From Sphyrna mokarran (Eukaryota), in NCBI GenBank assembly GCA_024679065.1, contig JAGIQG010000004.1, positions 54,374,001 to 54,438,000 on the forward strand: a stretch of DNA of 64,000 bases. The letters are read 5' to 3'. The position numbers were made by a program, and so were the translations under genes. The notes under the pieces were generated by a model. That model ran no database searches. It was not told the origin of the DNA and worked only from the letters and a program-made list of their open reading frames with translations. This document shows, piece by piece, positions 28,751-40,196 of the stretch (position 1 is its first letter; each line of letters opens with the position of its first letter).

Positions 28751-29354
28751 CTGCAGAGAGGAAAAAATGGAATATTGATCGAGAGCCATCTATCATTTGG
28801 AACTGAATCTGAGAATTTGTAGGTGGCAACTGATAACACTAGGGTACCATTACACATGAGCCACTGATTTTTATCCAATATTTCACAAATTATTTACCCG
28901 TATTTACAATTGAGATGATCTTGAATATCGCTTCTATGAATAATACAAACAAATCAGCTCCTTCCCTTTCTCAATTATCTCATTTTACTTAATTTTACAT
29001 GTATTTCTGCACATTCCACCCCTCAGTAGAAATCTCCAATTCCACTGCCTGACCCAGAGGTGTAGTGTGCAGAACAATTCAGTCACCTGCAGCCAATCTG
29101 AATCAGCAAAGACAGCAGAGGTGGGGATAAAAGCACATAATGTAAGGAATAGGAGTAAAATTAGGCATTTGACCTATTGGTATGCTCCATCATTTAATTG
29201 GTTAATGGTTGACTTGATTGGGGTCTCAACTCCAATTTCCTGTTTATCCTCTAAGAAGAAATTCCTCATCTTCATCTTTGAGAAATGTGGTGGAGTGGCA
29301 TTTGTTGTCTCACTCCATTTAAATAGTTTAAATGAAATTCTACTGTTCAATACT

Positions 29355-31150
29355 ACATAGAAGATAGGAGGAGGCCATTTGGTCCATGGAGCCTGCTACC
29401 CTGTTCATCAAAATCATAGCGATCGTCCAGTGCAATAGCCTAATTTGCATTCTCCTCCTAAATCTTTAATCTCATTCATCCCAAGTGCGTTATCTAGCCA
29501 CCTCTTGAATACATCATGTTTTGGTACCAACTGATTGCTGTGGTAATGAATTCCACAGACTCATCACTCTTTGGGTGAAGAAATGTCCCCTTACCTTTCT
29601 CCTAAATGGTTTACCCTGAATCCTCAGACTCTGACCCCGATTTTGGATTATCCTCCCCCGCCCACCACCATCAGGAACATCCTCCCTGAGACTATCCTGT
29701 CTAATCCTGCTAGAAGTTTTAAGTCTCTGAGATTCCATCTCCCCATTCATCTGAACTCCAGTGAAAACAATCCTTACCTAGCTAATCTCTCCTCATGCCT
29801 CAGTCCTTATGTGGCATAAATGAAGATGGAGATTAATCATCTCAGCCCTAGTACATCATTGCAGCACTCTCTCAGATTAGTGTCCTAGGCCCAATCACCT
29901 TCAGCTGTTTCATCAATGACACTTACTCAATCAAATATGGGTTTGACTGCACAACGTTCAGCACTATTTGCAACTCCTAACATATTGAAGCAGTCCATGC
30001 ACAAATGTAGCAAGATCCAGACAGCATGCAGGCTTTGACAAGCAAGTGGCAAGTAATATTCATGCTGCACAAGTGCAGATAATGACTATTTCCAACAAGA
30101 GATAGTCTATTGCCCCTTGACCTTTAATGACATTACCGTCACTGAATCCCACACTATCAATATCCATTGACCAGAAACTGAACTGGACCAGCCATCAAAA
30201 TACTGTCACTATTAGAGAAAGATAAAAGTTAAGAATCCTGTGGCAAGTAACTCACTTCCTGATCCCCAAATCCCGTCCACCATCTACAAGCCAAAAGTCA
30301 GGAGTGTGATGCAATACTCTCCATTTGCCTGGATAAATGCAGTTCCAAAAACACTGAAGAATCTGGACGCCATTCAGGACAAAGCAGCCCGATTGATTGT
30401 TTGAGAAAGGGTATCAATCTACAAGATGCATTGCACGTTTACACTGAGGCTCCAAAGGCAGAATCTTCCAAACAACAGCTACTATTGTCCAGAAGGATAA
30501 GGTGAGTTTATACCTGCAAGCACCACCACCTGTAAGTTCCACTCCAAGTTATTTATCATCCTGACTTAGAAATACATGCCAGTCTTTCACTGACCTTTGG
30601 GTCGAAATCCTATGGTTCCTTTGCTGACATCACAGTTGCTGCACTTCAGGGACTGCAGCAGTTCAAGAAGGCAGCTTATCATCACCTTCTCAAGGACAAA
30701 TAGTGATGGTCAGCAAATGGTAGCTTAAAAAAATCATTTATGGGATATAGGTATCGCTGGCTGGCCAGCATTTATTGCCTATCCCTAGATGCCCTTGAGA
30801 TGGTAGTGGTGAGCCACGTTCTTTAATCAGTGTAGTCCATGTGCTGTGGGTTGACCCACAATGCCATAAGGGAGGGAATTCCAGGGTTTTGATCAACCAT
30901 CTGTGAAGGAACAGCAGCAATGTATTTCCAAGTCAGGAATGCCTTGGAGGAGAACTTGTAGGTGGTAGTGCTCCCATGTATCCATTGCCTTTGTCCTTCT
31001 AGGTGGAAGGGGTCGTGGGTTTGGGAAGTGCTGAAAAAGTATCATTGGTGAATTGCTGCAGTGCATCTTGTAGATAGTACACAATGCTGCTACTGATCAT
31101 CAGTGGTGCAGTGAATGGATGTCAAGCTTCTTGAATGTTCTTGGAGCTGT
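29355..31150. mobile_element. LINE fragments in the last intron of gene 1 (CR1 tail, minus; second CR1/L2-type family in both orientations)
   Basis: HFFTQRVMSLWNSLP in the CR1 tail. The second family also occurs at ~3960-4160, 10870-11740, 48240-48430 and 54500-55380. Confidence 0.65.
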
Positions 31151-31739
31151 GCCTATCCGACAGAGTTTTTGTTTATCAACTAGGCCATCTTCAGGGAAAA
31201 AGCCTTTGGTTTTTAATTTAACTGAATCTATGGCAGACACATCTTAGCAATGAGAGAGATAGCAGCTCACTCAGTTCTGCCAGAAACAGGACAGTGAAGT
31301 AACAGGCAAGAATGAAAGTCCCAGAAACTAAAAAAAAAATCAGTTAGTTCTAGAAACCAGAGAATGAAAAGCGAGGTTGCAGGAAACTGAAGTTTTGAGA
31401 ACAAGATTGAAGGAAATTGAATAATTGTATTTATTGAAGTTAAGGACAGAGCTGAGAAGCACAGACTGAGTAATGTTGCTTAGTGAAAAACCAAAGATGT
31501 GAAGTAATCATAGGGTTGGTGATATCTTGTTGCAGCCTGTGAAGCAATAGGTGAAACAATTGTGAAGCAATTGGTCGTTCGATCCTTGAGAGATTGTATG
31601 GTAAACTTGAAAGTGCGTGGCTATTCAAGACAAGTAAGTTATTGAAAGGATAGTTGGAGATCCTGAATTGAATCCTTTCTGGAAACAGTAGAGGGAAAGC
31701 ATTGTTTGAAAGAAGGTTTTAAGGCATGCCTTTTCGAGA

Positions 31740-31966
31740 GTGATGATGTGGAGTTGCCGGCATTGGACAAGGGTAGACACAAGAAGTAGTCTCACAACAC
31801 CAGGTCAAAGTCCGACAGGTTTACTTGGTAGCAGGAGCTGCGGAGCTTTTGGAATACTGTCCCTTCATCAGGAGAGTCTCTTCTGATGAAGGAGCAGCGT
31901 TTTGAAAGCTCATGCTGCAAAATAACTCAGTTGAACTTCAACCTGGTGTTTTGAGACTATTTACTT
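31740..31966. mobile_element. Short palindromic Penelope pseudo-LTR element
   Basis: Inverted arms around ~31876, each with ctgatgaagg...aaagct. Related pieces at 33130-33270, 36340-36485 and 40150-40220. Confidence 0.7.
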
Positions 31967-33405
31967 TCCAAGAGTGGAATCTAAAAACACTCGTGTGAAT
32001 GCTGGAGTCCAGCGATATTAGCTGGCTCACAGCATAATAAGCATCTGGGAGATCTGAGGGAAAAAACATAGAAGCTCAATTGGGTGGCATCTGACACTGG
32101 ATTTCAGAGTGGATATTATCTGGCCGCAGTTAGCCTGCTGCATTACAAGGATTGTGGATTTATTGAGAATATTCTAGCCTAAGATGTGTTTTGCAACCTG
32201 TGTCATCCTTAAGATTTTCTATTGTTAAAAGCTAATTGACAGTCCAGTGACTCAGTTCATCCACGTTTTCTAAAATAAAATGTAAAAGTTACTGTCTTTT
32301 AAGTGAGGGTCATTCTGGGACCTTCCCTTCCAGTAGCAACATCAACTGGGATTTTGACAGAAGGATGCAAGGCTTGGGAGCAGTTGTGGAGAAGATTTAT
32401 TAGAATCGTACTGGGGAGACAAGAGAACCTATTATTGTTGTCTTCACAACAGAGAAAGAAAAAGTATATTCAAAATTGGGAGAGATTTTGACGAGTAAAT
32501 AAGGAGAGAGTGTTTTCAATCGTGGTTGATTGAATGTCCAAGAGACAGAGACTTCGGATCACCAAAATCATTAAAGGTAGATGAGTGTTGCTCTCTGGAA
32601 TACGCTTCCTGAAAACCTGGGAGGGGGGTTGACTGGGAGTTGTTCATTCGCTTGAATAAACAAAAACGAAGGATCATATGTAATGAGTGGGGAATTGGGC
32701 TACTTGAATAATTATCTCAACTAAGTGGCGCAGAGAGAATAGCCTCCTTTCGGGGCTGCTCCTTATTTCTTTCGATGCACTTCCCTTCTACACTCCTAAT
32801 CTTCACCCATGAAGAGGTGGGTGGACAGGGAGAAGGGGGAGAACCACCTCCTGAACGTGGCCAAGTTGGCTGTTAAGATGTCCAGGTAGCCAGCAGTTGA
32901 GTTGGTCGTCTGCCGCTTCACTGCGGCTACGTTCATAGAAAGCTGGATTTGTAAAGGGAGCAGGCTATGTCTACTGACACATTTCAGGTCGATGGGCGCC
33001 ACGGGGGCAGGGGGTGCATGTTTGCGCCCTGGTACTGACATTATGGTTCAGTTCATTAAGTTCCTTTGCCATTTGCTTTAGTTACAATGTCTCATCCGGC
33101 ATTATTATCCTCTGTCCTTTTGATTAACACGGTAAGAAGTTCACAACACCAGGTTAAAGTCCAACAGGTTTATTTGTAGCAAACGCCACTAGCTTTCGGA
33201 ACTGGCTGTTCCTTCGTCGGATGGCTGCGAGTTCAACCCCAGTCCAACGCCGATATCTTCACATCATGACTTTTGATTAATATCAACCATTCATTCTTTC
33301 ATAAGATTAAAAAAATGAATTAATTACTTATTGGATTGATTGAAATATTTATTTCTATTCTCCCTATTCTCTCTTTTTGGAGTATAAAAAACATCATCTT
33401 CTTAC

Positions 33406-33449
33406 CGCCTCATCGCTCTGACCGGCTTCCACGGAATTTCTTTTAACGC
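33406..33449 (-). CDS. IgSF receptor gene 1, exon 5: short cytoplasmic exon (GVKRNSVEAGQSDEA)
   Basis: Acceptor ttctttcctctag|, donor |GTAAGA, 44 nt, phase 1-0. A homologous exon is present in the paralog at 14163. Confidence 0.8.
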
Positions 33450-34022
33450 CTAGAGGAAAGAAGAAATTAAGCTTGAGTAAATTTCTGAATGTAAGCAAAA
33501 TCATCAACAAGCTTTCCATTCTGAACACTTTTACTACCAAAAGAAAGGAGCCTTGAAAATCGAGACATTCCATTGTGATGTTTCCCCCAGTGGAGAACAC
33601 TGCCTTTAGCGTGATAATAATAAACATGTGATGAGAGAGTCGCTAAATTGCAATCGAAATACGACCAGAGGAAGACGTAAACAGTCCATATCATTGCCAT
33701 TTTACATTGTCGCGGGAAATGACTTAAGAATGTTTGCGCTACAAGGTCCTAATATTTTTAAAAATGCGGGACGTTAAGAAGGTGTACAAATTAATTACAG
33801 TTCGAATGAGAAAATTGAACATTTGCATTTCAAAATTGATTTGCGTTGCCATATTCAACTCGCAATCACATAACGCTCTTGAGGCATCAACTTCGTTCTT
33901 TAAAGATGCAGCAGGCTCTATATTTCCTTTAATGAAACACTATTCACCCGCTGTTTATATCTTAACACTTTGACTAGGCATAACAAAATAAAAGTTTGCG
34001 GTGAAATAAGAAAACTTCTTAC

Positions 34023-34130
34023 CAGCTGAAGCTTTTAATTTGAATCTCGTCAAAATAATTATCAACAGTACAACAGCCAATGCGCCGCCTGCACATCCCA
34101 AAATGAGCGAAAACTGGATTTCTGAATTAG
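34023..34130 (-). CDS. IgSF receptor gene 1, exon 4: transmembrane
   Basis: Acceptor gatcttgtag|, donor G|GTAAGA, 108 nt, phase 1-1. FSLILGCAGGALAVVLLIIILT followed by basic RFKLK. No charged TM residue. Confidence 0.9.
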
Positions 34131-34829
34131 CTACAAGATCAACATATGATTGAAATAAGAAACTGTAGAATACAGAAAAATTTATGCACACAATCTTGGG
34201 TCTAGCACGGGAGGGCGCGGTGCAAAGTTATCTTTCCTGAAATTGTGTCCATTTACCTTGTGTGGGAGCCGACACTTTTATTTCTATAGGCAGTCGCTAT
34301 AAAATGATTATAACGTGATCCAAACAACAATAACACAATTTAATTTTTAATCTATAAAGGCGCAGGAAATTTCTCTCCAGAAGTGGGGGCTTTTCGATCA
34401 GAGTAAAGAGGCTTATATTTGTGCCACACCAGACAGACGCGCATTGGCTACAAAGAATAGCAAAGTTTTTCATTCTTCGGCATTGACAACCCAGAGAACA
34501 CCTACTGCAGCTCTTAGTAGGTAACAAGAACAGCTTGCATTTGACATTCCGAAATACCCAAATGGAGCGTTATCAAATACAATCAAATCACATAAATAAT
34601 ATTATGACAGCTGGAGGTAGAGTTGAGGGAGCGTCGAAAATGAGAGTTGGAAAGACGGGGATACTCAGAGCGAAAGTTGGATTCAGACAGCAGGAGACAT
34701 TATGCGGAGATAACGATTTTATCTTACATCCAAATCTAATATTTAGGATATAAAAGCGACTACTAAAACTGATCATTTTTATGTGCATTTCACTTGGCAA
34801 GAATTTGACGAGGAATAAGCACATTAGCC

Positions 34830-35270
34830 ATAGAACCATAGAAAAGTTAAAGCACAGAAGGAAGCCACTCGGCTCATCTTGTCCATACCAGCTCGTGGAC
34901 ACGAGGTGCTCTTTCTAATCTCACCTTCCTGCGTTCCGGCCCATAAGGTGCAGATGCAGGTACTTAAAAAGAAGAGTTTAGGGTGTCTGCCTCCACCAAT
35001 TCAGGCAGCGAATTCCAGGCACCCATCTCCTTTTGTGTCTTCTCTACACCTTCTGCCACTTACTTTAAATCTATGACCCCTGTTTCTAGAATTCTCCGTC
35101 AAGGGAAACAATTTTATCCTGTCCATTCTATCTCTTCCCCTCATAATTGTGTACACCTCTGTCAGGCCCCTTCTCAGGCTTTTTTCCAATGAAAATAATC
35201 TCATCTATCCAATCTCCATTCCAACACTTTTCTAGCCCCGGCAATCTCCCGTTTCAGGAGAATGTTCTCC
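34830..35270 (-). mobile_element. CR1 3' fragment in the C1-TM intron
   Basis: ORF 35001-35204 LFSLEK..RGHRFKV. Confidence 0.75.
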
Positions 35271-35455
35271 ATCCTCCAGCTACAAATTATCTTAATTATT
35301 TTAATTCGTTAACATTGATGTGACATTGAGATTAAATAAAATCCACAATTTTCCTGTAAATTCGAGTTTGAACAGCTGCCCAGCTACATTAATAATAAAT
35401 AATACAAACCGGAGTCTTTACCCCCATTCGTTTCTGTAAATGTTTGGAATCTTAC

Positions 35456-35752
35456 CTTGATTGACAGTGCAGTTGACGCTCGCGGGCATCTTAAGGGAGA
35501 TATGAGATGCCAGACATGTATAAACGACTCTGTTCTGGAGAGGTCGTGCTTCTTTGAAAGAACTGGTGACCTCAAAAAGACCATCCACTGCCTCATTTCT
35601 CACAGTTTGTATTCCGGCCAGAATTTCCACACCATCTCTGCGCCAGGAGATGTTTAAACCCTCCGGGTAAAATGCAGCCGTTTTGCACTTGAATTTTAGA
35701 GAAGTCGCTGAATTCTCTTCAATCCGAACGATTTTCAGTGGTGTTGGAGGAA
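35456..35752 (-). CDS. IgSF receptor gene 1, exon 3: C1-set Ig domain
   Basis: Acceptor cccctgttaaaag|, donor G|GTAAGA, 297 nt, phase 1-1. C1 hallmarks CxxxxFYP..ISW..DG, DGLFEVTSS, YTCxxxHxSL. Confidence 0.95.
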
Positions 35753-35817
35753 CTTTTAACAGGGGAAAAATCATTTTTGAATTGAAAAGAGTAAATTCTC
35801 TATTGCCGAACCTCGAC

Positions 35818-36091
35818 TAAAGACACAACGTTTAGTGCTACAATGATTCTTACAGAAAAACCCGAGTAGAACCCAATATTCGTGCTGACTGGTTGGTGCT
35901 CCCTGTGATACATTCGGACCGGAATCTGAATGGAGGTCACTGCTGCCGAACACAATCCCGCGCCAGGATCTGCTGCTTTAATTCCGTAAGAAGTCTCACA
36001 ACACCAGGTTAAAGCCAAACAGGTTTATTTATTTGGCAAATAATCATTTATTTAGCAATATATGTTGGACTTTAACCTGTTTTTTTTTGTG
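35818..36091. repeat. Inverted copy of intron segment ~36385-36655
   Basis: Reverse-complement match, for example cgtgctgactggttggtgctccctgt vs acagggagcaccaaccagtcagcacg. Confidence 0.9.
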
Positions 36092-36206
36092 AAGTCGCTG
36101 AATTCTTGTCAATCCGAACGATTTTTAGTGGTGTTGGAGGAACTTTTAACAGGGGGAAAAATCAGTTTTGAATTGAAAAGAATAAATTCTCAATTGCTAA
36201 ACCTTG
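36092..36206 (-). repeat. Partial duplicate of the C1 exon start and its splice acceptor
   Basis: Near-copy of ~35702-35817, with AG at 36144-36143. Confidence 0.9.
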
Positions 36207-37584
36207 ATATCCTTTTATACTCGTACTGTGATAACAGTTATCATGCTGTCGCATTTTTTTAAACTTCGGGCGGATCATTCTCTCAGAAATGATTACAATC
36301 AGGGAGGAAAGTGTCACTGCTCGGAATTAAAGCCGTGATGTCGAGATGCCGGCGTTGGACTGGGGTAAACACAGTAAAAAGTCTCACAAAACCAGGTAAA
36401 AGTCAAACAGGTTTATTTGCCAAATAAATGAATATTTGCCAAATAAACCTGTTGGGCTTTAACGTGATGTTGTGAGACTTCTGACAGCATTAAAGCAGCA
36501 GATCCTGGCGCGGGATTGTATTTGGCAGCAGCGACCTCCATTCAGATTCCGGTCCGAATATATCAGACAGGGAGCACCAACCAGTCAGCACGACAATTCG
36601 GTTGCACTCGGGTTTTTCTGGAAGAATAATTGTGATATTAAACATTGTGTGTTTGTTTGAAAAATGACCCACTTCAAATATTTAATGTTTCCAAACGTAT
36701 TTTGTTTTCCTGATTAATATTAAGATGCGTGAAATCAAAATACCTCCGATAACTAAATTGACTTCAGACAAGATGTAGTTATATGTATCGATTAAAACCT
36801 ATGAGTTACCACTGATTACACAACATTTCAATGCCCATGGTTGAGGTTTCAGATCGTGCATCTTTCACCAGATCATTTTTTTGGGGTCAGGATGCGAATG
36901 TTGGAGTATTTTGCAAACCAGGATAATTTTTGATAATTATATATCGATTTGCAGATGACAATACTCAGGGATTAATTCCAGAGATAAAAACAGGCCATGT
37001 TGATTAAACTCAGCTGGTTTGACTGAGTTTTCATTTCAGATTTCCAGCATCCGCAGTATTTTGCTTTTATTTGACTGGGTCGTTTGCCCTTCTGCAATTT
37101 TACTCGATCTGCTGAACACATTTTGTCTGGAGAAGATTCTGCTTCGAACAGTCCAAAGTTACAATTTTCTGATGTGAACCGCTCTATCTGTCTGTCCACG
37201 CTAAAGTCTTCTACCTCAACTTCCTTCTGTTCATAGGGACTGTACACAGAAGTAACGAATTACATATACCACGTTTATAGAAATGTTCCATGGCATCCAT
37301 TCCCCTCTTTACCAGTTGTGTGTTCATCATAGAACGCCCAGTTTTGAACCCCAAAGGTTCAAACAAGGGCATCGGGCACTTTAACTGTCCTGAAAAGTCC
37401 TGGACCCGGGTTTGGAATCCAGCATTGAGGGAAAGATCAAACCTTCCTTCTTAGTGAATTGTAGGATTCCATTGTGGAAATACTTTGGAATTTCAAACCA
37501 GTTACAAATGGACACAACTACAACATATAAACAGGAACAGGGGCCCATTCAGCCCGACCCATTGTAATCTGCCAACCTTGGTGA

Positions 37585-37870
37585 TAGTGATCAGTACTGC
37601 TGCCTCACGACGTTCGGGAGCCGGGTTCAATTCCGGCCTCAGGTCGATGTGAGTTTGCACGTTCTCCCCTTGTTTGGGTGGGTTTCCTCCCAATGCTCCG
37701 GTTTCCTCCCACAATCCAAAGATGTGCTGATTAGATGAATTGGCCATGCTAAATCGCCCCTTAATGTTAGGTGGTTTAGCAGGGTAAACACACAGGGTTA
37801 GGGGGATGGGGCCTAGATACGATTGTTGTCGGTGCAGGTTCAATGGGCCAAATACTGTAGGTATTCTATG
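37585..37870 (+). mobile_element. HE1-type V-SINE in the V-C1 intron
   Basis: ggttcaattcc B-box and V-SINE core. Confidence 0.8.
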
Positions 37871-39059
37871 ATCCAGCCTGATCTCTAACCTAACTCCATT
37901 TGTCCGACTTAATTTATTCTTAGCTAAAATCAAACCGTCGCAAATTTTAGGCAATGACATAAAGGAAGTGTTACATCGACAATTTCGAGCAGTGGGCAGA
38001 AAAGGAATCTGATTTCGGAAGTACTTGTTACTATACTCGGGGAATTTTCACCTGTATTTATCATGAAGGCTGTAAGAGAGAGTGTCAGAAAAGATTTGTT
38101 GGAGATTTAACAGGGTCAAGGGACTTCGGTTATGTGCAGAGACTGAAGAAGCTATGGTGGCTCTCTTTAGACCTGGTAGTTTTAAGAGGAGGCCAATTTT
38201 AATAAAGTCAGTAAGCAAAACCCGTTCTCAGTGACACAAGAGTCGGCATCAGAATGTGTTTGGGAAAAAGAACGCAAGGATTGTGATCTTTGAGTGGAAT
38301 GAAATTACAACCAAATCCCTGTTATTGTTGCCATGTTGTTCAGCGTAAATCGCGAGTAGTGAATGTAGGGATCCGATCGATTTTCGCTTCCTGGTGAAAT
38401 CAACTAACTCGCAAGAGAGCGCATTTCGAAACGGCCCTCAACAAACCGCTCTTACTTTCCTCGACATCTTCTTCTTGCAATCGCCTTTGCGGGGAAAGGG
38501 GCCTGGGGGGAGGGGGTGATGTGTTATTTCGTGCAGTTCTCGCGCAGACGGCGCCAATATTCCTTCCTCTTTGATGTAAATTAAATGATCTTTGAAGTTT
38601 TGTAAAAGATTTGAGCTGGGAGGTGTTAAGATTGCTTCCATTGTTCAATTGTGACGCCATTGTGGCAAGAAAGAGCCAGACCCTGACATTTCATTACAAC
38701 ATCAATGCAAAATACAGCAAAAGCTGGGCATTTGAAATACAAACGGAAAATATCGAGAATGTCCAGAGGTCGGGCAACAATTGTGTAGAGAAACTGAGTT
38801 AACGTTTCGTATCATTTTATCATCGACATGAGAGGTTAACTTTGTTTCTCTCCACAGAGAGAGCTGATCTGTTGAGATTATTTTGTATATTTCTATTGCA
38901 TAATTTCAAAATGAAACTATCCACTATGCATCGAGGTCAGTGGAAGACAATCCGGTGTTCTCTAAAAATAATTCGTTAAAACCAGCTTTTCCTCCAGAGA
39001 TAAAAAAAATTGCATATATAGCGCCGAGCTGAAATCCTCCCGTTTACAATCACACCTAC

Positions 39060-39365
39060 CGTACACAGTAAGCTGGGTGCCAGTTCCAGTTTCATTAGAT
39101 TTTTCTGGATATTTTACTTTACAATAATACACTCCGGAATCTGCAAAAGTTACATTCAGCAATTCAAGCGAACTACTTCCCTTGTTCGCATCAAATCGCT
39201 TTCTATTGTCTGGTTCGAGAAAGGATTTCTCTCCGCGTCTCCACCAACGAACATCGGGTACATCTTGAGATATGGGAAATTTGCAGAACATGGAAGCATT
39301 CTCGCCTCTGCTCACCTTCAAGTATTTAGGGAACTGAATCACTTCGTTCCGAGTTACTCCGGTGG
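39060..39365 (-). CDS. IgSF receptor gene 1, exon 2: V-set domain with germline-fused J-like segment
   Basis: Acceptor ttcctttcctgacag|, donor G|GTAGGT, 306 nt, phase 1-1. VIQFP..GENASMFC..RWW..LELLNV..DSGVYYC..TGTGTQLTV. Confidence 0.95.
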
Positions 39366-39553
39366 CTGTCAGGAAAGGAACAAAGGCGGTGATGTAACAG
39401 ATGAAGAAAAATAACTGAGAAAAATAAATTATAAAAACAAGCAATCGAATTAGAGAAACACAATATCCAATTTTACAGTGGGTAACAGCTGTATAGACTT
39501 TTAAATTATGACCTACTATTGTAAAATCGGCAGGATGTAATAACGAAATGTAC

Positions 39554-39602
39554 CTGGCCAAAACAGAAGAGCCATGTAGTGAACTGTAACTTGTATCGAC
39601 AT
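39554..39602 (-). CDS. IgSF receptor gene 1, exon 1 (leader MSIQVTVHYMALLFWP)
   Basis: ATG at 39602, 16 codons + 1 nt, donor G|GTACAT. Phase 1 matches the V exon. Hydrophobic core. Confidence 0.8.
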
Positions 39603-40157
39603 GTTGCATTTCGTTGGCTACTTATTGCAAATGACAATGCTATCTACGATAGTTTGCTAAGTAATAAATTCCATCGTTAAATATAGGAAACGTGAAACAA
39701 TGACATGAAACATCAGATGATTGAAACAGCGTATTGTGTTAGTTTACATCGGGGAGAGGGAGGGAGGAGGAAGACCGCGGTAGAAGCTGACCTCCGAACT
39801 ACCGCCGAAAGGTTATCACTTAAAGATCAATTTTTTGCAGCCATTTTCGGAACACTTTGTTCGCGATTTTCTTTGGTAATATCAGACTTTGATTCTTCAC
39901 TTAATTCTGAAAATGATGATGTCCGCTGAGGGCGGCCTTCCAGCACTTCATCTGAGATATTCTTCTTCCTGTAGAAGCACAAAGTCTGCAAATATTTAGA
40001 CATGAGCACTTTGAACTGGGTGCGATCGGACCTCAAGCAATCTCCAACCATCTGACTTGTAGCAGAATCACTGGAATAACCATTCAGATTAACAGTCTTA
40101 GTTATTAACTTGCACTTTATTTTAGTTATATTATGTACTCATATTCGTTGCACTCCA

Positions 40158-40196
40158 CTTACCTGATGAAGGAGAAGCGCTCCGAAAGCTTGTGAT
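40158..40196 (+). ncRNA. Minimal type-I hammerhead ribozyme motif (Penelope-associated)
   Basis: CTGATGA (40163-40169), extra A, stem II GGAG/CTCC, GAAA (40184-40187), palindromic AAGCTT stem III, short stem I. Confidence 0.6.

Noticed and set aside
35456-39365. Rearranging Ig/TCR locus
   Set aside because: J is fused to V in the germline, I saw no heptamer-spacer-nonamer RSS next to the exon, and the tail carries ITIM/ITSM. The scattered CACAGTG hits I checked lack a nonamer or lie in repeats.
38962-39609. 215-aa ORF as a single-exon membrane protein
   Set aside because: It reads through intron 1. The real leader is in another frame (39602-39554), and good splice sites bound the V exon.
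39610-39720. Octamer- and IRF-like motifs upstream of the ATG
   Set aside because: TTGCAAAT and GAAACGTGAAAC are both non-canonical and too short to call.
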